Assembly (NCBI GenBank): GCA_043825135.1
Contig: JBDRSF010000015.1
Coordinates: 1,559 to 65,558, forward strand
Direction of reading: 5' to 3'
DNA: 64,000 nucleotides
DNA from: Candidatus Magasanikiibacteriota bacterium
Lineage (GTDB): Bacteria > Patescibacteriota > Patescibacteriia > Magasanikbacterales > UBA922
Of the stretch, positions 1 to 7,183 are shown piece by piece; position 1 is the first letter of the stretch, and each line of letters starts with the position of its first letter. The notes under the pieces are model-generated. The model made no database searches. It was not told the origin of the DNA and saw nothing but the letters and a program-made list of their open reading frames with translations. The position numbers and the translations under genes were made by a program.

Positions 1-63
1 TGTAGAAAAGATTATTTATTAATTTGTCATTCTGAACTCGGAATGACATTGTGAAAAAAAAAT

Positions 64-804
64 ATGAAATACGTATTTGGAAATTGGAAAATGTATCTTG
101 ACTTTGACGAGTCAAATATTTTGATAAATGGTTTGTTACAAGAAAAATTTGATAGTGAAAAAGTTAATTTAGCTGTTTTTCCTTCTACTTTAGCTCTGCG
201 TGAGGTCATTATGGCTACAGAAAATACCGAATTTGATATTGGTGCCCAAAATGTAGCCTGGGTAGAGAAGGGTGCTTATACCGGAGCTGTTTCAGCGCAA
301 ATGTTTGGTGATGTTGGTTGTAGGTATGCGTTAGTTGGACATTCTGAACGCCGTTATATTTTTGGTGAAACAAATAATGATGTTAGAAAAAAGATTGAAG
401 CTTGTCTGACAGCAAATATTATTCCAGTGGTTTGTATTGGTGAGACAGAAGAGGATTTAGAAGCAGGTAAACGAGAATATAGACTAAAAAAACAGTTGAT
501 GAAAGCTTTTGAAGATTTAGAATTAAATGGTGGTAAAGTAATAGTGGCCTATGAGCCAGTATGGGCCATTGGCACAGGTAAGGCCTGTGATCCTGCCACC
601 GCAGAAGAGATGCATGTTTGGATAAAATCAGAATTAAAGCAATATTTTGATGGTGATATTCCAGTTTTATATGGTGGTAGCGTAAGTCCAGAAAATGTGT
701 TATCATATGTAGCACTTGATGTAATAGATGGTGTATTGGTCGGAGGCGCATCGGCAAAATTAGATAGTTTTATTAGCTTGATTAAAGCTGTAGAAGAAGT
801 ATAA
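64..804 (+). CDS. tpiA: triosephosphate isomerase
   Basis: 246 aa; TIM motifs GHSERR, AYEPVWAIGTG and a C-terminal GGASLK-like segment. Confidence 0.93.
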   Translation: MKYVFGNWKMYLDFDESNILINGLLQEKFDSEKVNLAVFPSTLALREVIMATENTEFDIGAQNVAWVEKGAYTGAVSAQMFGDVGCRYALVGHSERRYIFGETNNDVRKKIEACLTANIIPVVCIGETEEDLEAGKREYRLKKQLMKAFEDLELNGGKVIVAYEPVWAIGTGKACDPATAEEMHVWIKSELKQYFDGDIPVLYGGSVSPENVLSYVALDVIDGVLVGGASAKLDSFISLIKAVEEV

Positions 805-912
805 TCCTAATCTACTAATTTTTATCCGAATCTACTAATGTCCGAATAATAACGAATATTTGTAGTATTAGGATAATAGTAGATTCGGATAGTATTAGTA
901 AATTCGGACTAT

Positions 913-1833
913 ATGTATAGTATCTTACCATTCATTCTTATACTATTTTCACTTACAGTGATCGTTATTGTAATTGTACGAAAATTTCCTCAACTTACTT
1001 TATTAGATGTGGAATCAATACCAGTCATCAAAATGAATAAGAAAAAAGATGAATTTTTAAAGAAAAAAGCCGAAAAAAAAGCTGAAGTAGTTACAAAAAA
1101 ACAAAAAGAAATGATAAAACCACTTTTCAGGAAGTTAAAAGATTTTCAATCTTGGTTTAGAAAAGTTGTTTTGGATGTTTATCATAAAACACAAGAAAAG
1201 AAGGTTAGTAAAAAAAATATAATAGTAAATAATTCTATTGATAAAGTTGAGACAGATAGTTTGACTAACAAAGAGGATGATATAAAAAAATTGATAATTG
1301 ACGGTGAGAGAGCTCTACAAGATAAAGATTTAGAACTCGCTGAGAATAAGTTTATTGAAGCCATAAGGATTGATTCCAAAAATAAGGGAGCTTATTTTGG
1401 TCTAGCAAATGTTTATATTGAAAAGGAAGAATGGGATGATGCAGGAGGAACTTTGGAATTTTTATTAAAAATAGATCCAGAAAACGCCAAAGTTTTACTT
1501 TCTTTGGCGCAGATTTTTGAGAAAAAAGATGATTTGGAAAAAGCAGTGGAGTATTACGAAAGAGCAGCCATTGCTGATGACAGTAGAGCTGAGACTTTTG
1601 ATAGAATAGGGGATTTATTATTGGACATTAATCAATGTGAGAGCGCTCTTGAAGCAATGCGTCAAGCCAATGAATTGGAACCTGAAAATCAGACATATCT
1701 TGACAAAATCATAGATATTAGTGTAAAATGTGGTAATAAACAATTGGCTGATGAATATTATCAAAAATTACGTATGTTAGATCCTGATAACAATAGGCTA
1801 ACTGTTTTACGAGGAAAGATTGACTCAGATTAA
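913..1833 (+). CDS. TPR-repeat protein with N-terminal membrane anchor
   Basis: N-terminal hydrophobic helix, lysine-rich linker, then several tetratricopeptide-like repeats (AYFGLANVY..., KVLLSLAQIF..., AVEYYERAA...). Confidence 0.6.
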   Translation: MYSILPFILILFSLTVIVIVIVRKFPQLTLLDVESIPVIKMNKKKDEFLKKKAEKKAEVVTKKQKEMIKPLFRKLKDFQSWFRKVVLDVYHKTQEKKVSKKNIIVNNSIDKVETDSLTNKEDDIKKLIIDGERALQDKDLELAENKFIEAIRIDSKNKGAYFGLANVYIEKEEWDDAGGTLEFLLKIDPENAKVLLSLAQIFEKKDDLEKAVEYYERAAIADDSRAETFDRIGDLLLDINQCESALEAMRQANELEPENQTYLDKIIDISVKCGNKQLADEYYQKLRMLDPDNNRLTVLRGKIDSD

Positions 1834-1886
1834 AATCTAGTATATAATGTTCGTACTCTTTAAAAAAATATAGGTAATAATATTAT

Positions 1887-1962
1887 GCCAACTTAGCTCA
1901 GCTGGTAGAGCAACGGTTTTGTAAACCGTCGGTCCGGGGTTCGAGTCCCCGAGTTGGCTCCA
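1887..1962 (+). tRNA. tRNA-Thr(UGU), CCA encoded
   Basis: Cloverleaf by eye: acceptor GCCAACT/AGTTGGC, D-arm GCTC-AGCTGGTA-GAGC, anticodon stem ACGGT/ACCGT with loop TTTGTAA (anticodon TGT), T-arm CGGGG-TTCGAGT-CCCCG, 3' CCA. Confidence 0.8.
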
Positions 1963-2120
1963 CGAAAAATGGCGTTAGCCATTTTGAGTGGTCACGTGAT
2001 AACCGGTAGGTTATTTTACGTGACAAGGTTTGTGGTAATACAAAGGCGCCATCTCGTGGTGCCACCAGTATGAGGTGGTTCATTACAAAACAAAGTAAGT
2101 AGTTTACATGTACTGCTAGC

Positions 2121-2131
2121 TGTGATATAAT
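2121..2131 (+). promoter_or_regulatory. extended -10 promoter (TGTGATATAAT)
   Basis: TGnTATAAT-type element 7 nt upstream of the ATG at 2138. Confidence 0.45.
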
Positions 2132-2137
2132 ATATTC

Positions 2138-2752
2138 ATGGCAAAAGTAGATGAAAAAAATTTAGAAGTTATTAGTGGATTATATAAATTAGGATTGAGT
2201 ATTAGAGAGATAGCTTGTAAATATAGCGTTTCAGTCGATGCGATGTTTTATTTTTTCCGTAAGCATAAAATAAAAAGAAGAACCGCTAAAGAAAGTAATA
2301 AATTTTTGTTTGAGAGGAAAAAAGCTTCTTTTTATATAAAGAAAAAACTAAGCATTAAAGAAGAGAGTCTAAAAACAGCTGGTATAATGTTATACTGGGC
2401 TGAAGGTTCTAAATGGGATGGTGAGAAAATTGTTGATTTTGCGAATAGTGATTCGGACATGATAAAGACTTTTTTAGTTTTTCTTAGAGAGATATGTGGT
2501 GTTGACGAGAGTAAATTGCGAGTTTATCTGTATTGTTTTTCCAATCAGGATGTGGATAGATTAAAAAAGTTTTGGTCGAAAGAGACCGATATAAATTTGA
2601 ATCAATTTACAAAACCGTATATAAAAAAAGATTATAATTTGTCCAAAACAAGTAAAATGAAGCACGGTCTTATTCACATAAGATATAATGATAAAAAATT
2701 ACTACAACAAATTAGGAATTGGATTGAAGAATATAAAAATAAGTATAATTAA
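2138..2752 (+). CDS. HTH-domain protein with degenerate LAGLIDADG-like homing-endonuclease region (free-standing)
   Basis: N-terminal helix-turn-helix (LGLSIREIACKYSVS). Central IMLYWAEGSKWDGE resembles a degenerate LAGLIDADG motif. Basic, Lys-rich. Lies between tRNA-Thr and the intron-containing tRNA-Tyr. Confidence 0.35.
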   Translation: MAKVDEKNLEVISGLYKLGLSIREIACKYSVSVDAMFYFFRKHKIKRRTAKESNKFLFERKKASFYIKKKLSIKEESLKTAGIMLYWAEGSKWDGEKIVDFANSDSDMIKTFLVFLREICGVDESKLRVYLYCFSNQDVDRLKKFWSKETDINLNQFTKPYIKKDYNLSKTSKMKHGLIHIRYNDKKLLQQIRNWIEEYKNKYN

Positions 2753-3049
2753 GGGTGGGTTCCCGAGCGGTCAAAGGGGACAGACTGTAAGTTAAATTGC
2801 AGCCCTTAGAGGAAACTCTAAGGTGAACTCTCTGGGATAACGGTGAAAGCTAAGTTTGCTAATTAGTAGATATGCTAATACCGTGGGAACCCTGACATAA
2901 GTCGGGGAGCGCCGTAGAGACTAGATACCAGAGTACCTAAATTTATTTTATAAATAAGGTAAAGATATAGTCCACACCAAAAGGAAACTTTTGGGTTAGT
3001 GAAATCTGTTGGCTCCGCCTTCGGAGGTTCGAATCCTCCCCCACCCACA
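2753..3049 (+). tRNA. tRNA-Tyr(GUA) interrupted by a group I intron in the anticodon loop
   Basis: Exon 1 GGGTGGGTTCCCGAGCGGTCAAAGGGGACAGACTGT is near-identical to E. coli tRNA-Tyr. Exon 2 AAATCTGTTGG-CTCCGCCTTCGGAG (long variable arm)-GTTCGAATCCTCC-CCCACCC-A. Spliced loop is CUGUAAA. Acceptor GGGTGGG/CCCACCC. Confidence 0.75.
2789..3001 (+). ncRNA. group I intron (~213 nt) within tRNA-Tyr anticodon loop
   Basis: Contains the canonical group I S element AAGATATAGTCC (2961-2972) and P7-type GTAGAGACTAGA (compare the Azoarcus tRNA-Ile intron). 5' exon ends in U. Intron ends in G (omega-G). P-like AAATTGCAGCCC near the 5' end. No ORF inside. Confidence 0.7.
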
Positions 3050-3106
3050 AAAAAACTAATCAATAAAAATGATTAGTTTTTTGTTTTATTAAAAAATAAG
3101 CATTAG

Positions 3107-3227
3107 ACCAGCGGTCAAAGGGGACAGACTGCCCCGCCTGAAAGGACGGGGTCCCGTCCAGGCAGAGCCTGGCGGGATAAATCTGTTGGCTCCGTCTTCG
3201 GAGGTTCGAATCCTCCCCTGCCCGCCA
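3107..3227 (+). pseudogene. degenerate second tRNA-Tyr-like copy with a 46-nt structured insertion in the anticodon loop and mismatched acceptor strands
   Basis: CCAGCGGTCAAAGGGGACAGACTG, a 46-nt insert of two hairpins (CCCCG..CGGGG; TCCCG-CCAGGC..GCCTGG-CGGGA), then TAAATCTGTTGGCTCCGTCTTCGGAGGTTCGAATCCTCC-CCTGCCCG-CCA. D-arm, anticodon stem, variable arm and T-arm match the upstream tRNA-Tyr. The 5' acceptor strand is not complementary to the 3' end. Confidence 0.4.
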
Positions 3228-3267
3228 ATTTGGTAAATTAGTAATTTTGTTTATTATTTTATTGGTT

Positions 3268-3297
3268 AAAAACGGCTTTGACGCCGTTTTTTTGTTT
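3268..3297 (+). terminator. rho-independent terminator
   Basis: AAAAACGGC-TTTGAC-GCCGTTTTTTTGTTTTTTT hairpin plus T-tract after the tRNA cluster. Confidence 0.6.
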
Positions 3298-3361
3298 TTT
3301 TATTATTTTTATATTATACTAAAATTATCTAATCTTTTAGTAATTCATTATATTAACCCTC

Positions 3362-3412
3362 CGAAAGATCCCTCGTCGCTCTTCGCTACGCTCGGACTCA
3401 CTCGGGATTGCG
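3362..3412. repeat. family C short palindromic element (GAAAGATCCCTCGTCG...CTCGGGATT), copy 1 of 3, immediately upstream of mutM
   Basis: The same ~55-nt element with conserved ends recurs at 45805-45861 (before metK) and 61593-61647 (before dnaK), each ending 10-14 nt before the start codon. Confidence 0.7.
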
Positions 3413-3421
3413 ATTGAAAAT

Positions 3422-4279
3422 ATGCCAGAACTTCCAGAAGTAGAGACAATCAGACAAGATTTGAAAAAGAAAATAGTGAATAAGAAAATCACTAATGTTT
3501 TGATCACAACAAAAGCCAGAACTAATCTATCCCGAAATAAATTTGCCAGTGAGTTGAAAGGTGAGACTGTAAAAGATGTTGATCGTGTTGGTAAATTGTT
3601 GATTTTTGTTTTACCTGATGAAAAGTATTTACTAATCCACTTAAAAATGACAGGTCAGTTAATCTATCAAAAAGGCAAAAAAATTATACCTGGTGGACAT
3701 CATGATTTATCTACTGTTAGTGATTTACCAAATAAATTTACTAGAATCACTTTTGAATTTTCAGATGGCGGAAGATTATTTTTTAACGACATGCGTCGGT
3801 TTGGTTATTTAAAAATTGTAGACAGTAAAGAGCTGGAGAAAGTTAAGTCAAAATTCGGCATAGAACCATTAGCAAAAGATTTTACAATAGATAATTTTAA
3901 AAAAGCTTTGCAGGGAAGAAAAACTAATATTAAAGCATTGCTCTTAAATCAGCAAATATTTGCCGGAATTGGTAATATTTATGCTGATGAGGCTTGTTTT
4001 GATGCGGGAATAAGACCCGATACACAAGTTAGTGAGTTATCAAGTGTACAGGTAAATAAGTTATACAAGTCAGTTCAAAAAATAATTAAAAAAGCGATTG
4101 AGATGCGGGGGACCACTTTTAATAATTATAGAGATAGCGATGGTAATCAAGGTAATTTTGTTCAACATCTTAAAGTTTATGGCCGAGCCGGGTTGAAATG
4201 TAAGCGGTGTTCAGGTATAATAGAGAAGACTAGGGTTGCAGGGCGGGGGACACATCATTGTTCGAAATGTCAAAAATAA
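3422..4279 (+). CDS. mutM: formamidopyrimidine-DNA glycosylase
   Basis: 285 aa; N-terminal MPELPEVE (catalytic Pro2/Glu3), H2TH region, C-terminal zinc finger CKRCSG...HHCSKC. Confidence 0.9.
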   Translation: MPELPEVETIRQDLKKKIVNKKITNVLITTKARTNLSRNKFASELKGETVKDVDRVGKLLIFVLPDEKYLLIHLKMTGQLIYQKGKKIIPGGHHDLSTVSDLPNKFTRITFEFSDGGRLFFNDMRRFGYLKIVDSKELEKVKSKFGIEPLAKDFTIDNFKKALQGRKTNIKALLLNQQIFAGIGNIYADEACFDAGIRPDTQVSELSSVQVNKLYKSVQKIIKKAIEMRGTTFNNYRDSDGNQGNFVQHLKVYGRAGLKCKRCSGIIEKTRVAGRGTHHCSKCQK

Positions 4280-4320
4280 AGATTTTTAAATAAAATAACC
4301 TTTTTGGGGTTATTTTATTC

Positions 4321-4395
4321 GGAGCCGTCATCCAGGATTGAACTGGAGACCTCAGCCTTACCATGGCTGCGCTCTACCAACTGAGCTATGACGGC
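4321..4395 (-). tRNA. tRNA-Thr(GGU)
   Basis: Reverse complement folds as GCCGTCA-TA-GCTC-AGTTGGTA-GAGC-G-CAGCC-ATGGTAA-GGCTG-AGGTC-TCCAG-TTCAATC-CTGGA-TGACGGC; anticodon GGT. Confidence 0.75.
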
Positions 4396-4475
4396 ACGTC
4401 TTCGCCCTTCGTTTCATTCAGGGCTACGCCGTGCAAGCTTATCTGATAATTAGTTTCTCACGACGACGTATTTAA

Positions 4476-5030
4476 GTGGTAGAATTATATAACAAATTGT
4501 TTTTATTGTCAATTATAATTATTAACACTTTCTTCTGTATGTTTAAGAAAAAACCAAATTATAAAAAATTAATTATAGCTCTTCTTATTCCGCAATTAGC
4601 TGGATTTTTGGGTTCAATTGCTAATTTTACTTCGCTTGATATTTGGTATGAAGGAATAGTAAAACCAAGCTTTAATCCACCAAATTGGATTTTTGGTCCG
4701 GTTTGGACTACCTTGTTTTTATTAATGGGTATTGCACTATATTTAATATGGCAGAAAAAACCAAGGTGGGGGACGGACAAAAAAGTTAGTTTTGCTCTGC
4801 TTGCCTTTTATACTCAGCTTGGCTTTAATGTTATCTGGTCTTATTTGTTTTTTGGCTTACAAAATCCTTTGTTTGCCTTTGGAGAAATACTAGTATTGTG
4901 GGTTGCCATTGCTTTGAATATCATTCTTTTTTGGCGTCTGGACAAAAGGGCGGGTTTATTGCTTATTCCTTACATTTTGTGGGTAAGTTTTGCAGTTTTG
5001 CTAAATTATGCTATTTTTATGCTCAATTAA
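4476..5030 (+). CDS. tspO: TspO/MBR family tryptophan-rich sensory protein (true start probably an internal Met near 4539)
   Basis: Five TM helices; motifs WYEGIVKPSFNPPNWIFGPVWTTLFLLMGIALYLIW and C-terminal LLIPYILWVSFAVLLNYAI typical of TspO. Confidence 0.8.
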   Translation: MVELYNKLFLLSIIIINTFFCMFKKKPNYKKLIIALLIPQLAGFLGSIANFTSLDIWYEGIVKPSFNPPNWIFGPVWTTLFLLMGIALYLIWQKKPRWGTDKKVSFALLAFYTQLGFNVIWSYLFFGLQNPLFAFGEILVLWVAIALNIILFWRLDKRAGLLLIPYILWVSFAVLLNYAIFMLN

Positions 5031-5040
5031 CACCTTGCTA

Positions 5041-5069
5041 TTGACTTTTTTTAAATAATGCTGTATTCT
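5041..5069 (+). promoter_or_regulatory. sigma70-like promoter for rpmG (TTGACT-17-TATTCT)
   Basis: -35 TTGACT at 5041, 17-nt spacer, -10 TATTCT at 5064. Confidence 0.4.
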
Positions 5070-5107
5070 GTAGGTACTAATAAATTAATAATCTATTAAA
5101 CAATTAT

Positions 5108-5275
5108 ATGGCAAAATCAAGAGAAAGAGAGAATATGATTAAGTTGCAGTGCACAGAGTGTAAGCATACTAATTATTATTCAAGTAAGAATAAAAAGACT
5201 CTGAAAGATAGACTAGAGCTCAAAAAGCACTGTAAATTTTGCAAGGTTCATACTTTGCATAAAGAGACAAAATAG
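5108..5275 (+). CDS. rpmG: 50S ribosomal protein L33
   Basis: 55 aa [55 protein letters not shown]; L33 zinc-ribbon CxxC...CxxC; below the ORF-track size cutoff. Confidence 0.85.
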   Translation: MAKSRERENMIKLQCTECKHTNYYSSKNKKTLKDRLELKKHCKFCKVHTLHKETK

Positions 5276-5278
5276 AGT

Positions 5279-5308
5279 ATAATAATCCCGTTAAGTCGGG
5301 ATTATTTT
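5279..5308 (+). terminator. hairpin terminator after rpmG
   Basis: ATAATAATCCCG-TTAAGT-CGGGATTATTTT. Confidence 0.5.
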
Positions 5309-5312
5309 AAAT

Positions 5313-5385
5313 GGGCGCGTGGTGTAGTGGTAACACAGGGGTCTCCAAAACCTCTGACGGGGGTTCAATTCCCTCCGCGCCTGCA
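5313..5385 (+). tRNA. tRNA-Trp(CCA)
   Basis: D-arm GTGT-AGTGGTA-ACAC, anticodon arm GGGGT-CTCCAAA-ACCTC (anticodon CCA), T-arm GACGG...GGGGTTCAATTCCCTC, acceptor GGGCGCG/CGCGCCT; matches the E. coli tRNA-Trp layout; followed by terminator AAACCACC-AATCA-GGTGGTTTTTT. Confidence 0.75.
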
Positions 5386-5462
5386 AAACCACCAATCAGG
5401 TGGTTTTTTGCTTTTTATCTGTTTTTAGGATAAAATACAAGTATTAAATTATCTATAATTTT

Positions 5463-5849
5463 ATGTATAATAGATTCTATATCTTTGTTTCTTTAATTAT
5501 TCTGGGAATATTTTTTAATTTCCATATAGTCAAGGCTGAACAAATAGATAATTTTACAACCGACATAGTAATTAATTCCGACTCATCTTTGCAAGTGACT
5601 GAAACGATTGAATATGATTTTGGTGGTTTACAAAAACACGGGATTTACCGTGATATTACTAGTAAATACAAACGTCAGGCAGGTAATTACAAAATTAGGA
5701 TAAGTGATGTAGAGGTAACCAATGAGTTGGGTGAAAAATATAATTTTAAAGTCTCTGTTGAAGGTGTATATACTCGAATAAAAATTGGTGATGCTAATAA
5801 ATATATTACTGGCAAAAAAATTTATAAAATTAGATATACTGTGAGATGA
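5463..5849 (+). CDS. DUF2207-like membrane protein, N-terminal part (signal peptide plus extracellular domain), ending at an in-frame TGA
   Basis: 128 aa with N-terminal signal/TM; same reading frame as 5922-7178 across a single TGA (AGA TGA GCA); downstream frame continues AINYFSDHDELYWNATGDEW without a Met. Confidence 0.55.
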   Translation: MYNRFYIFVSLIILGIFFNFHIVKAEQIDNFTTDIVINSDSSLQVTETIEYDFGGLQKHGIYRDITSKYKRQAGNYKIRISDVEVTNELGEKYNFKVSVEGVYTRIKIGDANKYITGKKIYKIRYTVR

Positions 5850-5921
5850 GCAATTAATTATTTTTCTGACCACGATGAACTATATTGGAATGCGACTGGC
5901 GATGAATGGGAAGTACCTATT

Positions 5922-7178
5922 ATGTTTAGTCAAGCAACGGTTCATTTGCCTGATAATTTTTTTACTCAACAAATAGATTATACGTGTTTTAGTGGTTTTA
6001 AAGGTTCTACTAAGGGGTGTTTAGAATCTAATTTTGAAGCTGGTACAGATAAGAAGGGTAATTTAATTGTTTTTAATCAAGACAGGCTTAATTCCAGAGA
6101 AGGGCTGACAGTCGTAGTCGGCATGCCAGCTGGTACTTTGACCAAACCAAGTTTGCTAGAAAAATTTTGGTCATTTTTGCAGGATAATTATATTTTATTC
6201 TTGCCTATTTTAGTTTTTGTAATCATGTTTTATCTGTGGTGGACTCGTGGTCGTGATCCAGAAGGTCGTGGTACCGTCATTACTCAATTTGATGCACCAG
6301 ATAAATTATCTCCGCTTGAAATTGGTACATTGATAGATGAAAAAGCTAATGATGGGGATTTGTCGGCTCAATTAATTTACTTGGCCACCACAGGTTATCT
6401 TGATATTACAAAAGTTGATAGTAGAAAAGATTATATTTTGCTCAAGAAAAAAGACCTACCTGATTCAGCCAAGGAGTTTGATAAGGAATTTTTTCAAAAA
6501 TTATTTTCTAATGGCAAGACTCAGGTTCAATTGTCTACTTTAAAATATAAATTTGCTGATACTGCTAACAAGGTAAGAAAATTGGCTTATGAAGCTTTAA
6601 CAAAAGAAGGTTATTTTGCGGGCAATCCTAAGAAAGTAAGGGATTTTTATATAGTGTTGGCAATAATTATTTGGATCGGGTCAATGATTGTAGCTTTCAA
6701 AATTCAAAATATTCCTTTGGTAATAAGTAGTTTTATTGGTTGTTTGATTATCTTTATTTTTGGTTTTTTTATGCCAGCTAGAACTAAAAAAGGTGTTTTG
6801 GCTCGCGAACATATCTTAGGTTTAAAAACTTATTTAAATGTGGCTGAAAAAGATAGAATTAATTTTCACAACGCTCCAGAAAAGGAACCAAAATTATTTG
6901 AAAAGCTTTTGCCATTTGCCATGGTGTTGGGTGTAGAGGAAGTTTGGGCTAAACAGTTTACCGGAATTTATGACCAAGAACCAAATTGGTATCATAGCGA
7001 TATAAAATCTTATTCAGCCGTAGCTTTGGCCAATAGGTTGATTGATTTTAAATCTGTAAGTACAAATAATTTAACTGCCGTACGTTCTAGTGGTGGTGCT
7101 GGTGTTGGTAGAAGTGGTTTTGGTGGTGGCGGATTTTCTGGTGGAGGTTTTGGCGGTGGGGGAGGAGGGAGTTGGTGA
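5922..7178 (+). CDS. DUF2207-like membrane protein, C-terminal part with Gly-rich tail (most likely one 571-aa protein with 5463-5849)
   Basis: Three TM helices flanking a large soluble domain; C-terminal tail GGAGVGRSGFGGGGFSGGGFGGGGGGSW typical of DUF2207 proteins; in frame with the upstream ORF across one TGA. Confidence 0.55.
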   Translation: MFSQATVHLPDNFFTQQIDYTCFSGFKGSTKGCLESNFEAGTDKKGNLIVFNQDRLNSREGLTVVVGMPAGTLTKPSLLEKFWSFLQDNYILFLPILVFVIMFYLWWTRGRDPEGRGTVITQFDAPDKLSPLEIGTLIDEKANDGDLSAQLIYLATTGYLDITKVDSRKDYILLKKKDLPDSAKEFDKEFFQKLFSNGKTQVQLSTLKYKFADTANKVRKLAYEALTKEGYFAGNPKKVRDFYIVLAIIIWIGSMIVAFKIQNIPLVISSFIGCLIIFIFGFFMPARTKKGVLAREHILGLKTYLNVAEKDRINFHNAPEKEPKLFEKLLPFAMVLGVEEVWAKQFTGIYDQEPNWYHSDIKSYSAVALANRLIDFKSVSTNNLTAVRSSGGAGVGRSGFGGGGFSGGGFGGGGGGSW

Positions 7179-7183
7179 TTTTT

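Noticed and set aside
419-757. Minus-strand 112-aa ORF
   Set aside because: Completely inside tpiA on the opposite strand; AT-rich antisense ORF, no motifs
3107-3227. tmRNA (tRNA-like 3' end GGAGGTTCGAATCCTCC...CCA)
   Set aside because: Only ~120 nt, no GGGG..5' pairing partner, no tag ORF; the similarity is to the upstream tRNA-Tyr, not to tmRNA
4476-4538. N-terminal 21 residues of the TspO ORF (MVELYNKLFLLSIIIINTFFC)
   Set aside because: TspO homologues begin near the second Met; upstream extension likely non-coding AT-rich sequence
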